Shown here: piece after piece, positions 1-11,820 of the stretch
Layout: each line of letters opens with the position of its first letter
Position numbering within the stretch: the stretch's first letter is position 1
Source of the DNA: Centroscyllium fabricii
Taxonomy: Eukaryota
Assembly: GCA_051313645.2 (NCBI GenBank)
Contig: JBNRSN020000004.1
Span: 333,684,001 to 333,748,000, forward strand
Reading direction: 5' to 3'
Length of the DNA stretch: 64,000 nt
The notes under the pieces: generated by a model
Told to the model about the DNA's origin: nothing
What the model saw: only the letters and a program-made list of their open reading frames with translations
Databases searched by the model: none
Position numbers and translations under genes: made by a program

Positions 1-2749
1 TCATTGATTGGTGGTGTTGAGGGCCCCGGTGTGTGTATATATGGGGGCCAGTATTCGGTGGGTGGTGGCTGGTCGAGCTGAGGCTCGACCGGGGGTTCTG
101 CCATTGTGCTCCTGGCGGGCGCCAGATCCCTGATCGAGACCGTATCCTCGCGCCCGTCCGGGACGGCACATAAGCATATTGCGGGTTGGCGTGGAGCAGG
201 TGCATCCGTTCCACCAGGGGGTCGGTCTTGTGGCCGTGGACGTGCTTTCTAAGCAATACTGGCCCCTGCGCTGTGAGCCACAGCAGGAGTGCTGTCCCCG
301 AAGTCGACTTCCTAGGAAAGGAAAACAACAGGTCATGAGGTGTGGCGTTAGTGGCGGTATACAACAGAGAGCGGATGGAATGGAGCGCGTCTGGGAGGAC
401 CTCCTGCCAACGGGAGACTGGAAGGCCTCTGGACTTCAGGCCCAGGTTGACCGCCTTCCAGATGGTCCCATTCTCCCTTTCTACCTGGCCGTTCCCCCGG
501 GGGTTGTAACTGGTCGTTCTGCTTGAGGCAACCCCTTTCTGAAGCAGAAACTGACGCAGTTCGTCGCTCATGAACGACGACCCCCGGTCGCTATGGATGT
601 AGCTGGGGAGACCGAAAATGGCAAACAGCGTGGTGAAGTGTTTGATCACCGTTGCGCTCGTCATATCTGGGCAGGGGAAGGCAAATGGGAAGCGTGAGAA
701 CTCGTCTATGACCGTAAGGAAATATGAGTTGCGGTCAGTGGAGGGGAGGGGGCCTTTGATGTCCACACTCAGGCGTTCAAAGGGGCGCGTGGCCTTGATG
801 ACGTGCGCCCTGTCTGGCCTGTAGAATTGGGGTTTGCACTCGGCACAGACAGGGCACTCTTTGGTCATAGCCTTAATCTCCGTGATGGAGTAGGGGAGGC
901 TACGGGATTTGACGAAGTGGGCGAGTCTGGTGACACCCGGGTGGCAGAGGCGATCGTGGAGGGCCTTTGGCCGGTCAAGCTGGGCGCTGGCGCACGTTCC
1001 GCTGGACAGTGCATCCGGGGGTTCGTTGAGCTTGCCTTGACGGTAAAGAATGTCATACTCGTAAGTCGAGAGTTCGATCCGCCACCGAAGGATCTTATCA
1101 TTCTTGATTTTACCCCGTTGTTTATTGTTAAACATAAACGCCACCGACCGTTGATCGGTGAGCAGGGTAAAACACTTACCGGCCAGGTAATGACGCCAGT
1201 AGCGCACTGCCTCCACAATGGCCTGGGCCTCCTTTTCCACCACTGAGTGGCGAGTTTCGGGTCCCTGTAGGGTACGGGAGAAAAAAGCTTCGGGCCTGCC
1301 TGCTTGGTTCAGGGTGGTGGCAAGGGCGAAGTCCGAAGCGTCACTCTCCACCTGGAAAGGGATAGACTCATCAACGGCGTGCATGGTCGCCTTGATGATG
1401 TCTTCTTTAATCCGAGTGAATGCCGTTTGGGCTTCTGCCGAGAGGGGGAAGATGTCGGCCTTGAGGAGAGGTCTGGCCTTATCCGCGTACTGGGGGACCC
1501 ATTGCGCGTAAGAAGAAAAGAACCCTAGGCATCTCCCCAGGGCTTTGGGGTTGTGAGGTAAGGGCAGTTCTTGCAAGGGGCGCATACGCTGTGGATCGGG
1601 GCTGAGGAACCCGTTTTCCACCACGTATCCGAGGATAGCGAGCCGGTCCGTACTAAAGCCACACTTGTCTTTATTGTATGTTAGGTCCAGCTGTTTCGCC
1701 GTGTGCAGGAATTTGGCGAGGTTGGCATCGTGGTCCTGCTGGTCATGGCCGCAGATGGTCACGTTGTCCAGGTAGGGGAAAGTGGCCTGCAACCCGTTCT
1801 GGTCAACCATGCGGTCCATCTCCCTCTGGAACACCGACACCCCGTTGGTCACGCCAAAGGGGATCCGGAGGAAGAGGTAGAGCCTGCCGTTCACCTCGAA
1901 GGCGGTGTACTGGCGGTCGGATTTCCGGATGGGGAGTTGGTGATACGCCGACTTGAGGTCGATTGTGGAAAAGACCTTGTACTGGGCGATCTGGTTCACC
2001 ATGTCCGAGATGCGGGGGAGGGGGTAGGCATCGAGCCCGGTGTAGCGGTTAATCGTCTGGCTATAGTCAATGACCATGCGCAGTTTCTCGCCCGTCTTTA
2101 CCAACACGACCTGGGCCCGCCAGGGGCTGGTGCTGGCCTCAATGATCCCTTCTTTCAGCATGCGCTCGACCTCCGACCTGATGAATGCCCGGTCCCCTGC
2201 ACTGTAACGCCGACTTTTGGTAGCAATGGGCTTGCATTTGGGGTCGAGATTGGCGAACAGCGAGGGGGGGTCGACTTTTAATGTGGACAGGCCGCAAGTC
2301 GAGCTCCTTGTTAAGTTGGGATTGTCCCAACTACTGACGGTGAGGGGGGCCAAGGTTCCACCGAAATCCATCGTCACGCTCTTCAGGTGACACTGGAACT
2401 CCAGTCCCAGTAATACTGGGGCACACAGCTGTTGGAGTACGTACAACTTAAAGTTGCGGTAAATGCGGTCCCTGATCGTGAGCGTGACGCTGCAGTAGCC
2501 GGTGATGTCTGCCGTGAGGGACTTTGAGGCAAGGGAGATTTGGTAGTGCGTGGGCTGGGTCTGCAGTGCGTAGCGCCGCACCGTGTCGGGGTGTATGAAG
2601 CTCTCTGTGCTACCGGTGTCGAACAGGCAGTTAGTGACGTGCCCGTCCACCTTTATCTCCATCATGGAGTTGGACAAGGTGTGCGGCCTAGCCTGATCGA
2701 CGGTGGCTGAGGCCGAAGTGTGTGTGTGTGTGTGTGTGGGGGCCCTCCG
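1..2749 (-). CDS. pol: Gypsy A pol (PR-RT-RH-IN), apparently open to the window edge
   Basis: Motifs LFDTGS, YLDNV, DASDFA and an integrase core matching ORF 58116..59528. The frame is open at both ends I translated; I did not check every codon. Confidence 0.75.
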
Positions 2750-4023
2750 CTAGCTGGTGCCCCAGCTGGGGCGGTTGGCAAGATGGTCACTCGGAAGATG
2801 GCGGCGCTGGCGATTCGCACGTTTCCAGCTGCTGTGGCGGCGCCCGTGGTTCGCACGCAGCCGACCGCTGCGGACAAGATGGCGGCGCCCGTGGTTCGCA
2901 CGCGGCTGGCCGCTGTGGACAAGATGGCGGCACCCGCGGTTTGCGGCCGACCGCTGTGGATAAGATGGCGGCGCCCATGGTTCGCACGCGGCCGACCGCT
3001 GTGGACAAGATGGCGGCGCCCGTGGTTCGCACGCGGCCGACCGCTGTGGGCAAGATGGCGGCGCCGGGGGGTCGCACATGGCCTGTCGCGGTCGCGTTTG
3101 GGATGGCGGTGCCTGTGCCGCGCGCGTGGCCGGCCTCCGCCGTACAGTTAAAGGGGATGGAGGCGCCTGCGATTTACCCCCGGCTGACCGCTGCTGGGTC
3201 GCGCTGCAACACTGTACCTGTAGCCACGGAGTGGCGTCGCTGTTCTCACAGGCCGCGCTGTTGGGTCTGGAGGTGGGGGCCGGGCTGGATTTGCACGCCT
3301 TAGCGTAGTGCCCCTTCTTCGCGCACCGCGTGCAGATCGCATTCTTCGCGGGGCACTGCGCCCGCGGGTGCTTTCCTTGGCCGCAGAAGTAGCATCTGTG
3401 CCCCTTTGCAGTCGCCGCTGCCGTCGTGGGGGCCTCGGCCCGTCTCTGTGTCGCCCAGGGGTCAGGGGTACTCGCGTGGGAGTCGTGATCCCTGTACGCG
3501 TCTATCTTCCGAAGCGCTCCGTCTACCGCATTAGAAAGTGTTATCGCGGACTCGAGCGACAGTGTCTCCTGCTCCAGCAGCCGCTGGCGGGCCTGGCTGG
3601 ATCTGAGTCCTGCAATATAGGCATCGCAGATTAGAAGGTTCGCCTCTTCCTCCGCTGTCCTTGCCTTGCAGTCGCAGGCCCGTGCGAGGGCTTGGAGCGC
3701 CAGCAGGAATTGTTCATTGGACTCACCGAGTCGTTGTCTTCTGGTCGCCAGAACATGCCTGGCATAGACCGAGTGGGCCGGGCGCATGTAGCTGTCCTTC
3801 AATTTCTTGACCGCTTCCTCGTAAATCTTGAGGCCGCGGATAAAGGAGTACACCTGGCCGCTGATCCGTGATGAGAGTACCTGGAGTTTGTCCTCATCAC
3901 TTATCGCCTTTACGGCCTCATGTAGGCCTCGACGAGGCCAAACCAGTGTTCAAAATTGTTAGCAGCATCGGGCGCCTGAGGATTTATATCAAGGTGATCC
4001 GGTCTCACTGCGTTGCTCTCCAT
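2750..4023 (-). pseudogene. gag: Gypsy A gag, frameshifted near 3920
   Basis: ATG at 4023 gives a short frame that stops near 3910. The downstream ORF 2750..3853 carries two CCHC zinc knuckles. Confidence 0.85.
2779..3065. repeat. 45-bp tandem repeat in the gag-pol linker (one unit is 41 bp); a (GT)n microsatellite lies just outside at 2718-2738
   Basis: Unit CAAGATGGCGGCGCCCGTGGTTCGCACGCGGCCGACCGCTGTGGA; AAGATGGCG recurs at 2876, 2921, 2962, 3007 and 3052. Confidence 0.9.
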
Positions 4024-4047
4024 GTTTTAAAAATTAGTTAATAAAAT

Positions 4048-4284
4048 TGACGTATTGTCAATTAATCACACAAAGATGAGTAGTTACCTAAACTACAGGC
4101 TTTTATTAACTGAGAATAGAGCTGGTCTCTTGATGAGGTCAAGGTGAAGAGTGAATGGGGGCAGGGCAGCACTCACCTATATACTCCGACCTGAGGGGAG
4201 GAGTTAGGGGTGTGGCTGACCTGGCCTACAATATTGTACAGGTAGACCAGCAACTATGTACAGTGGTTATACACGATTACCACA
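4048..4284 (-). repeat. 5' LTR of Gypsy family A
   Basis: Minus strand starts TGTGG and ends TCA. TATA-like TATATA at 4178-4183 and AATAAA at 4102-4107. Clearly homologous to 57758-58028. Confidence 0.85.
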
Positions 4285-4404
4285 ATGTGATACTGACCTC
4301 CAACATCATTAAACAAGGCAAAAATACACAGCAACACTTAAATGTATACAACTGGAAGAAATAGCTGGCAAACTACAGCTAAATTAAACAGAGAGAAGGT
4401 TCTA

Positions 4405-4560
4405 AATAAAATGCTGGAAAAACTCAGTCGACTTGACAAAGGGGCCTAACCCGAAATGTCGACTCTATATTTCTCTCCGCGGATGTTGCCTGGCCGCTGA
4501 GTTTTTCCAGCATTTTCTGTTATTTCGGATTTCCAGCATCTGCAGTATTTTGCTATCGTA
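4405..4560 (+). mobile_element. Short Penelope-derived inverted-repeat element with a degenerate hammerhead motif
   Basis: Arms AAAATGCTGGAAAAACTCAG and CTGAGTTTTTCCAGCATTTT flank TTGACAAAGGGG...CCCGAAATGTCGAC. Similar to 47610-47712 and 50448-50605. Confidence 0.6.
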
Positions 4561-4886
4561 CGAGAGAAAGTGCTTTTTGTTATCAGTCTATTAACAGCTA
4601 AGTTAATTTTTAAACTGGAACACTGTGGGGTGTATGAAATAATTACGATGGGGTTAGGCATCACCAAACTTGCAACAGATCAATTATTGAATCTTTAAAC
4701 CATCCAATTTTAATCTGGGGCAATTAATTTTTTATTATTCAACAAATGTTTTATTAGTCCCTGCCCTGTTTTTTGATTCTTTAATCCTCTCCTATCGAAG
4801 GTGCTGACTCATGCTGGGACAGAGTTCCAACGTGGCGCTCTGATACTTCTCCCATGTGGCATGAGAAGACACCACCAAGATATAAT

Positions 4887-5718
4887 GGGCCAGGTTTTCC
4901 TTTGTGCAGGTTAGTGCGTGCGCTAGGACCCTGCGGACACCTATCGCACGCACCAACATCGCACAGAAGTTGCACCCTGACTTTCCTCCCCGTTCCTGCG
5001 CTGCGTGGCAGTCCAGCCACGCTAGGTGCGCAGTCTATGCCCTGCCCACAGATCACAAATTTAAATTAAAAACGCCCCCAGATCCCTAATTTAAATTTTA
5101 AAATGCGCACAGATCCCGAGTCGGACCTTTGTGAGAGCAGGGAAGTGCGGAGCTGCACTCACAGACTCGGCGGGGAGCAGCGCGGGCAGAGCAGCTTCTC
5201 AGAGGAAGAAACGCAAGGTAAGTCTGCCATTTTTTCCTCTTAGATTTTTTAATAGCTAGAGAGTTAAAAATTTCAGAAATGTAACTTTAAAAATTAGCGA
5301 TTTGAAACAGGTAAATTAACTTAAAATCGGATTTGTAAATTTTTTTTTTTAAACTTTAAATTTTACGCTACCGATCTGGCCACATTACTCCCAAAAACTG
5401 TAAAAAAATTAAATTAAAGTAAAAAAATTAACTTACCTGCTTTAGTAACTAAATCTTGTCCCTCACGCATGAGTTTACTACTGGTTTTTCTGGGTGCAGC
5501 TTGTGAGCCAGTTGCACACAGAATCACTCTCCAAAAATCACCCTTTTGGATTGCAAATTCTGGGTGCAACTCACTCCTGCGTTTGATGCTGAGGGCCCTT
5601 CTCCCTCAGCAGAGGAAATTCCCGTTTTTGGGCATCCCCCGTGCTGCACACCCACGGGGCATTTCGGACCCCCCTCCGTGCGTGTGCAGCTCCTCTGGAG
5701 CAGAGGAAAATCTGGCCC
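4887..5718. mobile_element. PIF/Harbinger-type MITE
   Basis: TIR GGGCCAG(G/A)TTTTCC, 3-bp TSD AAT. Near-duplicate of 7552-8421. Confidence 0.85.
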
Positions 5719-6057
5719 AATAATTTACTGGTCATCTCATGTGTCGGATCTTGCTGAGCGTGTGCAACATCAGCTGCATTTATTTTCATACCCTTCCTTC
5801 TTAGGCAGTCCCTCGGAACTGAGGATGACTTGTTTCCACATTAAAAATGAGTTCTCAGGTGGCTGATGAGTCCAATGCAGGACCTACAGTCTCTTTGTCC
5901 ATGAGGGTCCTGACGTTCCAGGTCCCGAACTTCGTTTTAAAGGGTGGAAGATGCCTTTACGTGAATTCTTTTAACGTGGGGTGGCCGTTGCACACCAGCT
6001 ACCACACGGGCTTGACAGAGCAAGGTCTTGGTCCAATGGCAAGGGGATCCAAGGCGA

Positions 6058-6356
6058 TTGGCATAGTGGTTAGCACTGTTGCCTCACAGCACTGGAGACC
6101 CGGGTTCAAATCCAGCCTCGGGTACCATCTGTGTGGAGTTTGCACATTCTCCCCGTGTCTGCGTGGGTTTCCTCCGGGTGCTCCGGTTTCCTCCCACAGT
6201 CCAAAGATGTGCGGGTTAGGTTGATTGGCCATGATAAATTCACCCTTAGTGTTAGGGGGATTAAATATGTGGGGTTACGGGGATAGGGTGGGAGATGTCT
6301 CGGTGCAGGCTTGATGGGCCGAAATGGCCTCTATCTGCACTGTAGTGATTCTATGA
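6058..6356 (+). mobile_element. tRNA-derived V-SINE (HE1-like), short-tail variant
   Basis: A box (TGGCATAGTGG), B box (GGTTCAAATCC), V-domain TCTCCCCGTGTCTGCGTGGGTTTCCTCCGGGTGCTCCGGTTTCCTCCCACA, tail GATTCTATG. Confidence 0.85.
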
Positions 6357-6744
6357 TTGGAGACCAGGCTCTGGTACAACGGCCTAGCACACACACAAAC
6401 ATACTCCTACTGTCCTCCTCCCTCATTTGCATACCAACAGTAATTGCGCAATACAGATTCTTCCACATGGAGCCCGGTTATAAATGTCAGTATATAATCT
6501 CTTGGGTTCAGCTTCACTGGTCTCACCTGCAAGTGTGTCCATGTTTCTTAGGATCAGGAGTTGAACTTTTTTTTTAACTTTAAAAAAAAATAAAAAATGG
6601 TTCTGTGGATGTGGACGACATTGGGACGGTTGCTTTTATTGGCCACATCTAGTTGCCCCGAGGTGGTGGTGGTGGCGGGAACTTTCCTTGAACCTCTGCG
6701 GTTCTTGCGGTGGTTGTACTCCCACAATGATGTTAGCCAGGAAT

Positions 6745-7155
6745 TAGGTGTCAGCCTTGGCCCAGTTGGTAGCACTCTCGCCACTGAGTCAGAAGGTTGT
6801 TGGCTCCAGCCTGACTCCAGAGGCTTGAGCACAAAACCTAGGCCGACGTTCCAGTGCAGTGTTGGAGGTGCCGTCTTTCAGATGAGACGTTAAACTGAGG
6901 CCCCGTCTGCCCTCTCAGGAGGAGGTAAAAGATCCCATTTCGACGAAGAGCAGGGGAGTTATCCCCAGTGTGCTGGCCGACATTTATCCCTCAACCAACA
7001 TGACATTGTTTATGGGGCCTTGCTGTGTGCAAATTGGCTGCTGTGTTTCCTACATTACAGCAGTGATTGCACTTCAAAAGTACTTCATTGGCTGTAAAGC
7101 ACTTTGGGACATCCTGAGGTCATGAAAGGCGCGATATAAATGCAATTTTTTTTTC
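6745..7155 (+). mobile_element. Deu-domain SINE (SacSINE1/AmnSINE-like)
   Basis: Core GCCGTCTTTCAGATGAGACGTTAAAC...AAAGATCCC...GAAGAGCAGGGGAGTT; 3' end TATAAATGCAA. Confidence 0.7.
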
Positions 7156-7551
7156 TTTCTAGGATTTCGATCCAGTTTGGGGATGTCTGAGGCATTTTAT
7201 AAGTGTAAGTCCACTGATCCATACGTGGATGATAAATGAATATCGGCAGGCAACTGCCTGATCATCAAGGACCACACAACCAAGCCCGATACTTCCCTCA
7301 ATGAAGTCCAATGCATTTCTAGCAGGAATCAATGGACAGCGATCAGCAGCAGGAACCAGGGCTAGTTTTATTCTTACTCATGAAGGGGGCGCTAAATCCA
7401 ACTTTAGCACCACCATCAGTACCCTAAATGAGATCAGCTAACTCAACACAAATCGATAATTAAACCTAGGACTGTTCTGGTCCACTGGACTAACACAGTT
7501 GGCTGGGGAGTTCCTCACTGAGCCATCAATTCAGCCAATGCTCTACTTATT

Positions 7552-8421
7552 GGGCCAGAATTTCGTCTGTGCAGGTTGGTGCGTGCGCTAGGACCCTGCG
7601 GACACCTATCGCACGCACCAACATCGCACAGAAGTTGCTCCCTGACTTTCCTCCCCGTTCCTGCGCTGCGTGGCAGTCCAGCCACGCTAGGAGCGCAGTT
7701 GATGCGCTGCCGTCGTGCGTGGGCATCAGTGATGCCCCGCCCCCAGATCACCGATTTACATTAAAAAACGCCCCCAGATCCCCAATTTAAATTTAAAAAC
7801 TCCCCCGTTTTAGAGTCGGACCCGGTAGAGAGCAGGGACATGAGGCGCTGCAGCCACAGACTCGGCGGGGAGCAGCGCGGGCAGAGCAGCTTCTCAGAGG
7901 AAGAAACGCAAGGTAAGACTCTGCCATTTTTTCTCTTAGATGTTTTACAATAGCTAGATAGTAAAAAAAATCAGAAATTTAACTTTAAAAATTAGCGATT
8001 TGAAACAGGTAAATTAACTTAAAATCGGATTTGTAATTTTTTTTTTTAAACTTTAACTTAAAAATTTTACGCTACCGATCTGGCCACATTACTCCCAAAA
8101 ACTGTAAAAAATTTAAATTAAAGTTAAAACATTTACTTACCTGCTTTAGTAACTAAATCTTTTCCCTCACGCACGAGTTTACTACTGTTTTTCCCGGGTG
8201 CAGTTGTGGGCCAGTTGCCCACAGAATCACTCACCAAAAATCACCCTTTTGGATTGCAAATTCTGGGTGCAACTCACTCCTGCGTTTGATGCTGAGGGCC
8301 CTTCTCCCTCAACATTCGAAATCTCCGTTCCGTGGGCATCCCCCGTGCGTTCATCGCACGGGGCATTTTGGATCCCCTCCGTGCGTGTGCAGCTACTGTG
8401 GTCAACACGAAATTCTGGCCC
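7552..8421. mobile_element. PIF/Harbinger-type MITE (same family as 4887-5718)
   Basis: Perfect TIR GGGCCAGAATTTCG/CGAAATTCTGGCCC, TSD ATT. Confidence 0.88.
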
Positions 8422-8857
8422 ATTATTTAGTGAAGGGTCAAACAATTTAGGAATATGTGAAAAGGATGGACATGAAAAAACCGACTGGTCCATCCAGGCT
8501 ACCCTACACAGTTGTGATGCCTTATGCATACACTCCCCAGCCACCGACAGACACGTAATCTTCTGGGAGAGGCAAAAAATAAAAATAAAAACCAAGGCCG
8601 ATGGGGGGGGTGGGGGATTTGGAAAATCCCTCTCCGACCCCCTTATGCGACTGAAACTAGCCCAGGAAACCACACTGGCCCCGATTTACGTTACAGGACA
8701 CCTAACTCTTGTATGAGGTGATCTCCCACCCTGCCACAAACAGATCCAGCTCTCGCTTGAAGGAATTCAGCGAATCAGCATTCACCGCATGAGCCAGCAA
8801 CCTGTTTGACAGGTTCACTATTCTCTGGGAAAAGAAGAACAGCCTAACATCCAACCT

Positions 8858-9515
8858 AATTCAATGCAATTCAATTATATTTGTCACATGTGCTAAAATA
8901 CAACGGGTGCAATCTAGACAGTGAAATGCTTTCTTTACGAGTCGAACGCACCGCACAACAAAGGACACTAAGCTGCCCGGCACGCACGGAGCCTGTAAGA
9001 CGGCAGCCATATTCATCGGCGCCATCATCATGGGTCCCGTTCTCGTACCGCTCCGGCTTCGCCTGCTCTCAAAGTTTGATGTTCTTCAGCCGCTCCGTTC
9101 ACCCCGCCGCTGCCGCTTCTGCTTCTTCGCTGCCTCTGCCCGACTCACAGAACTCATGGTAAAGCTCCGATAGCGGGAGTGGAGTCCGACGGCCCGGGGC
9201 CTGCTTCTCCCGCCATGCCGGCTCCCCTGGAGCCGCTCGAACTCCCAGCCCATTCCCGGCGGCCATCTTTCTTTCCGATTCGCCGGGCCAACTTTCACCC
9301 ACATTCTGCTCCCTTACTGTAGTAAGAGGGCCTGATCCAGCGACATCCCGCACCCCTCCGGCTCCGCCGTCTGACCGGGCTCACTCCCGGCGTCTCTCGT
9401 GGGCGGATGGTGACCGATTGACGTTTCGCCCATTCCGACACTCACCCGCTCGCCTCCATGACGGCCGCTCCAGCCGGAACCCTGCCCTTATACTATTTGT
9501 AAGCGTGACCCCAGT
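8858..9515 (-). mobile_element. Unclassified GC-rich non-coding retroposon with a Rex1/RTE-type 3' tail
   Basis: Minus-strand tail AAGCATTTCACTG...CATGTGACAAATATAATTGAATTGCATTGAATT resembles the tail at 50975-51038 and the (TTGAA)n ends of the Rex1 copies. The body is CpG-rich. Confidence 0.45.
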
Positions 9516-10939
9516 CCACCCTAACCTATTTACATAAAACAACTTGCATTTATATAGAGCCTTTAATGAGGCAAAATGTCCCAAGTCGCTTCACAAAATT
9601 TGATACCGAGCCACATATGGAAATATTAGGACAGGAAGAGGTAGGTTTTAAGGAGTGTCTTTAAGTAGAGGAGAGAGGCAGAGAGGTTTCGGGAGGGAAT
9701 TCCAGAGCTTAGGGCCTAGGCAGCTGAAGGAGTGATAAAAATTAGGGATACGCAAAAGACCAGAATTGAAGTTGAAGTATTTGGTTGACATCAACTTAAT
9801 AGTTTATCCAGTCCCTTCATTGCTCTGTAAACCTTCACCACATCTTTTTCTGGTACATGATCATTGCTAAAAAGTATCCAAGAAAAAATATTGGAAACTC
9901 ATCCCAGATACACAGGAAGCGGTGTGTGGCCCAATGGAAAACTGTAATCACGATTTGCAAATGCTGCAACTTTAGCAGGAGTTATGCAAGAGGTTTTTAT
10001 ACAGTAATCCTTGCCAAAACTCATTATTTCTCAACGTCACCCTGAATGAATCGCAATTGAAACTGCTCCCCTTCTCTCTGCTGCGAACTGTCTGGAATAA
10101 CCTGGATGCATATAAGACCAATTTATGGGACAAACAACTCAGAAATGCATCCTTTAGTGTCCCCTGTACTGCAGATTGTACTGAAGTAGAGACAGCAGTA
10201 ATACTCAATGTAATGGAGAGCAAAACAAAAATATGCGATAGCGATCCAGTGTTAAAGTTTAATAAGAGCTACCCTGATGAGTTAGTGAATAAATGTCCTG
10301 TGAAGATCACTGCAATTTTGGATTTTATCCCTAGTTTGTGTTAAGTTGGCTGATTGCAATCAGGTTAGCAGTGGGAAGAGAAGATCTAAGTTGTCTCAAT
10401 ATTCCAAGGCTGCGAACGAATGGGGAAGAAACGCTGGCGCTCCCCCCCCTCCCCCAACCCCGGAGAATGTTGTCCAGTTACCCCCGCTGAAACAAGTGTG
10501 TCTTGTGGATGTGATATGAGGGACAGAATGAGCTTCGCAGTGATGCCTTTCACAATCAGCCTGCCAGAACTCACTGCTTAGGCTCACAAATGAAGAATGA
10601 CGCTTGAAAAAGATGCCTGAAAGGTGACGTTGTCTGTAGAAACACACCCTACCGTGATTCAGTATCCTGATAATCATAAAGTGCTTTGTTCAAGGTCATT
10701 TTTGCGAATGGGCAACACATTTATTTGTAAAAATGAACAAATGATAACACATTTGCACATTGAAGAGTAATTTGGCAATTTCACAATATTAGTTTATATT
10801 GCTCGGATGATCAAGGGATTTTTTTTGTTTTCTGTTAAAGGGGACGGTAGAGTACATTCCATTCCAAGTACGTGCGTTAGGTTATATGTTTTGTGTGATT
10901 AGCACATGAACGCTGCTTTTTAACATGAGCACCAGTAAA

Positions 10940-11820
10940 AAGAAAAACTTGCATTTATATATCACCTTCCACCACCTCAGGACGTCCCAAAGAACTTTAC
11001 AGTCAATGAAGTACTTTTGCAGAGTAGTCACTGTTGTAATGTAGGAAACGCAGCAGCCAATTTGTGCACAGCAAGCTCCCACAGACAGTAATGTGATAAT
11101 GACAATCTGTTTTTTTTTTGTGATGTTGGCTGAGAGCTAAATATTGGCCAGGATACCAGGGCGAACTCCCCTGCTCTGCTCTGAATAGTGCCAAGGGATC
11201 TTTTATGTCCGCCTGAGAGGGCAGACGAGGCCTTGGTTTAATGTCTCATCTGAAAGACGGGACTTCCAACAATGCAGCATTTACGAGGAGAGGTTGAGGG
11301 AGCTGGGACACTTCTCCCTGGAGCGGAGAAGGAAGAGGGGGGACTTAATAGAGATGTTTAAGATGATGAAGGGGATCGATAGAGTAAACGTGCAGAGACT
11401 GTTTTCCCGGGTGGGAAGAACGACAACAAGAGGGCACGAGCACAAGATTCAAGGAGGAAGATTCAGAAGGGATGGCAGGGGCAAGTTCTTTACACAGAGA
11501 GTGGTCGGGGAGTGGAATAGGCTACCATCTGAAATAGTGGATGCGGACAGTCTGGGAGCTTTTAAAAGGATGATAGATAGGTACATGGAGGGGAAGGAAG
11601 AGTAGTGGGGACAGGAAAAATCAGAGACGGACTAAGTGCGGCACTACATTGAGGGCCCAAGGGCCTGTACAGTGCTGTATGTTCTATGTTCTATGTTCCC
11701 TCAGTACTGTACTGCACTGGAGTGTTACGCTGGATTTTGTGCCAAAGTTTCTGGAGTGGGACTTGAACTCAAAACCTTTGTACTAAGTTGCGAGAGTGCT
11801 CCCACTGAGCCAAGACTAAC
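10940..11820 (-). mobile_element. Deu-domain SINE interrupted by a CR1 3' fragment (11281-11697, + strand)
   Basis: Reverse complement of the 6745-7155 core. The insert translates as a CR1 ORF2 C-terminus (LERRRKRGDLIEMFK...FFTQRVV.EWN.LP) and ends in (TTCTATG)n. Confidence 0.75.

Larger units (their letters stand above)
1..4284 (-). mobile_element. Gypsy/Metaviridae LTR retrotransposon, family A, copy 1 (5' LTR, gag, pol; runs off the left edge)
   Basis: Minus-strand gag (MESNAVRPDHLDINPQAPDAA..., two CCHC knuckles CYFCGQGKHPRAQC and CTRCAKKGHYAKAC), protease (CLFDTGS), RT (YLDNV), RNase H and integrase in Gypsy order. LTR at 4048-4284. Confidence 0.93.

Noticed and set aside
6058-6125. tRNA genes at SINE heads (also 29153, 35356 and others)
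   Set aside because: The A/B boxes continue directly into the V-domain and LINE tail, so these are SINEs.
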